This document shows, piece by piece, positions 18,001-20,000 of a DNA stretch of 20,000 nucleotides (the first letter of the stretch is position 1; each line of letters starts with the position of its first letter). The DNA is from Scenedesmus sp. PABB004 (Eukaryota): positions 111,037-131,036 of the forward strand of contig JABVCE010000045.1 of NCBI GenBank assembly GCA_014905635.1, written 5' to 3'. The notes beneath the pieces are model-generated. The model was given only the letters and a program-made list of their open reading frames with translations, was not told the origin of the DNA and did no database searches. The position numbers and the translations under genes are program-made.

Positions 18001-20000
18001 GCGCGGCGCGCGCCGCCGTCCCCGCCCCCGCGCGCCCCCGCAGCGCGCGCGCAGCGCGCGGCATGCGCAGCGCGCGCAGCGCGCGCGCCTTCTCGGTCTT
18101 GCGTCGCGCGAGGCGCTTGGCGTCGCGCTCCGCGGCGGCCTTCTCCGCGGCGAGGCGCGCGGTGCGCTCCTCCTGCAGGAAGCCATCAAACATGGTCTCA
18201 GCCCACTCGCCGACCGTCTCGGCCGTGTACGGCGCGGGCAGCGCGACCATGATCTGGCGTGCGTGGTGCGTGGGGTGTGGGTGGGTGGGTGTGGGCGGGG
18301 CGTGTGGGTGCGGGTTGGGGTCGGGCGGGAGGCAGAGGCGCGGGGGCGCGCGAGGGCGCGCGGGGCGCGCGAGGGGCTGCCGGCCGCGCCGCGCCGCGCC
18401 GCGCGTCGCGCCGCGTCGCGCCGCCGCGCCTTGTGGTCCTTGCCGCCGTTGTTGTCCCAGCTGTTGTCGGCGTTGACCACAAAGTTGACCGCCGCCGCAT
18501 CGAGCGGGACATCAAAGTCAACCTTTGGGTGGTTGGAGAGAGGGGGGGGGGGAGGGCGAAGGCGGGGTGAGGCGGGGTGAGGCGGGGTGAGGAGGGCGAA
18601 GGCGGGGTGAGGCGGGGTGAGGCGGGGTGAGGCGGGCCCGCGGCGGCGGCAGAGCGGCGGCTTCCAGCGGGCTGCGCCGCCCGGGGAGGGGGGCTCTGTG
18701 CCGATGCGGCAGGGGCGTGGGCCGCGTGGCGCGCGGCGCGCGAGGCATGTGAACACAACGCGGCGACGCACCTCCCACCAGAGCTCGTCGTCCTCGCCAG
18801 TGACCATGCTGTGGCGCATGGGGATGGGCGGGCACTTGACGCGCCAGTTGTTGAACCCCCGGTGCAGCATCGGCACCGGCTGCCCCTCCACCGGCTTGGC
18901 TGCGCGCGGCGCGGCGGCGTGCGCGGCGGCGGCGGCGTGGTCAGCGCGGGGCGACGCCGACGCCGGCGACGCGGCGGGCGCGGCGCGGCGCGGCGCGGCC
19001 CCAGCCGCGCGGCGGCCGCGCGGCGGCCCGCGGCGCGGCCGCTCACTGCTGCGGCGCGCGTTCTTGGGGCGCTTGTCCTCGATCCAGGCCAACGGGCCGG
19101 CCTTGGAGTTGTAGAGGATCGTCGCTGTCTTGCCCGCCACGAGCGGGCTGGGCGCGCTGGACCACCAGGTCTTGCTGGTCGGGTCGTCGCTCACCTTGCG
19201 CTTGCTCACGCCGCCCTCGCGCAGCGAGTTCCAGCCGTCGCGCAGCTCTGCGCGGCGGCGGCGCGCGGGGGCGCGGGCGCGTGTCGAGGCGCGGGCCGGT
19301 CGCGGCGGCGCGTGCGGCGCGGGGGATTGGCGGGCGCGTCGCACGCGCGGTGGGCGCCCCGGCGGCGCACCCGCGACGCGCTTGGCCGCGTTGTCGCGGT
19401 CCTGCTTTGGCCTTCTCCTCCTCTGCCAGCTTGGCCTCCTCAGCGCGGCGCGCCTGCGCGGCCGCGCGTGCGCTGCCGTGAGCGGCGGCGCGCCCGGCGG
19501 CAGGGGCGGGCCGCGCGGGCACCCGGCTGCGCACGGGGCCCGCGCGCGCCGCGCCGCCGCCGCCACGCGCGCGCCGCCGCGGCCGCACCGCGTCCTTTGG
19601 CCGCCGCCTCCGCCTCGGCCGCGCGCTCGCGCTACACCGCCGCGGCGGCCCACTCCTCCCAGGTGATGCCGCCGACGACGGGCAGCGTGAAGTCCTGGCC
19701 GCCGTTGTTGTCAAACAGGGCCTCGCCGTCGGTCAGCACAAAGTTGACCTCGTACGCGTTCAGCGGCACCTGGGCGGCGGGTTCAGCGGGGCACGGTGCG
19801 CTCAGCGCGCACGACGCTCCGCGCGCGCTGGTGTTCAGGACGCCGCCGCCGCCCGCGGCCGCGTGCCCTCCCCCTCGCCGCCTCGCCCCTCGCCCCCTCG
19901 CCTCCCCCTCGCCGCACCTTGAAGCGCGTCATCCAGAAGTCGCTGTTGTCGACGTGCGGGATGGGGCTGGGCGTGAAGTCGGTGCGCGGCACGTCGCCCG
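13551..20000 (-). CDS. SS3: Soluble starch synthase III (three CBM53-type starch-binding repeats plus GT5 catalytic domain); 5' part lies outside the window
   Basis: 21 exons: 20000-19918, 19769-19589, 19453-19371, 19247-19047, 18899-18772, 18522-18430, 18253-18089, 17894-17767, 17594-17495, 17289-17164, 16992-16930, 16728-16646, 16396-16213, 15962-15810, 15655-15498, 15257-15165, 14962-14839, 14619-14404, 14199-14032, 13918-13814, 13616-13551. Three VP..A..v.FV....DNxGG.D binding modules are followed by EMAPIAKVGGLGDVV, PDIIHCHDW, VFTIHN, TVSPTYA, NGID, RLTPQKG, LVPSMFEPCGLTQLIAMRYG, TGGLRDTV and DWSWNRPAMDYVELY. The raw sequence has one in-frame TAG and two apparent +1 indels in 19371-19640. 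Confidence 0.95.
13643..13780. repeat. Imperfect 18-nt tandem repeat (GGCGAGGCGCGGCGGCGR) in the last SS3 intron
   Basis: Direct reading; it explains the RRASP/PRLAAA shadow ORFs. Confidence 0.85.
14210..14294. repeat. (GT)n plus 9/18-nt GTGAGTGTG-type tandem repeats in an SS3 intron
   Basis: Direct reading within intron 14200-14403. Confidence 0.8.
14982..15020. repeat. (GGC)13 tract in an SS3 intron
   Basis: Direct reading, just upstream of the acceptor at 14963-14964. Confidence 0.9.
15307..15489. repeat. Degenerate interstitial telomere-like (CCCTAAA/TTTAGGG) repeats in an SS3 intron
   Basis: AAACCCT[A/C] units at about 15373-15489 and an opposite-orientation GGGTTTAGGGTT at about 15307-15318. 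TTTAGGG is the common plant/chlorophyte telomere unit. Confidence 0.7.
17000..17054. repeat. (GGGGGCA)7 minisatellite with G-quadruplex potential, next to an SS3 3' splice site
   Basis: Seven perfect heptamers immediately upstream of the acceptor at 16993-16994; C-rich on the pre-mRNA. Confidence 0.9.
17445..17492. repeat. (GGCGC)n pentamer tract at the 5' end of a GC-AG intron
   Basis: Direct reading; similar tracts occur at about 4520-4550 and 4741-4777. Confidence 0.85.
18551..18630. repeat. Two 40-nt tandem units, each GGAGGGCGAA(GGCGGGGTGA)3, in an SS3 intron
   Basis: Direct reading of a higher-order repeat. Confidence 0.9.

Noticed and set aside
13643..18630. CRISPR-like arrays
   Set aside because: The repeats are contiguous intronic mini- and microsatellites with no unique spacers, in a eukaryotic context without cas genes.
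19632..19634. TAG codon reassignment (alternative nuclear genetic code)
   Set aside because: It is a single instance next to two indels, no other in-frame TAG/TAA occurs in the modelled exons, and TAG appears to terminate the 5554-7460 gene.

Overview
Very GC-rich, intron-dense eukaryotic nuclear DNA. Short GTGCG/GTGAG...GCAG introns and TGTAA poly(A)-type signals suggest a chlorophyte green alga, possibly Sphaeropleales-like (inference). Most long ORFs in the supplied track are GC-rich shadow frames. Manual splice modelling gives five genes: (1) an 8-exon secreted Cys-repeat protein (minus, 2496-5078); (2) a divergent 2-exon acidic low-complexity protein, probably plastid-targeted (plus, 5554-7460); (3) a Caprin-like/At1g27090-like RGG protein (minus, about 7993-10409) lacking a normal in-frame stop; (4) a small 2-exon, possibly N-myristoylated orphan (minus, 11697-12442); (5) 21 exons of soluble starch synthase III (minus, 13551->20000), with 5 of 20 introns GC-AG and a local cluster of frame-breaking lesions. 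The most interesting non-coding signal is a short repeat family present three times (1179-1259 and 1512-1592 as a perfect 81-bp inverted pair; a diverged copy at 2344-2410). Each copy is a bulged GCGA-tetraloop hairpin followed by a hexamer tandem tail, and all 7 substitutions between the two variants preserve base pairing.
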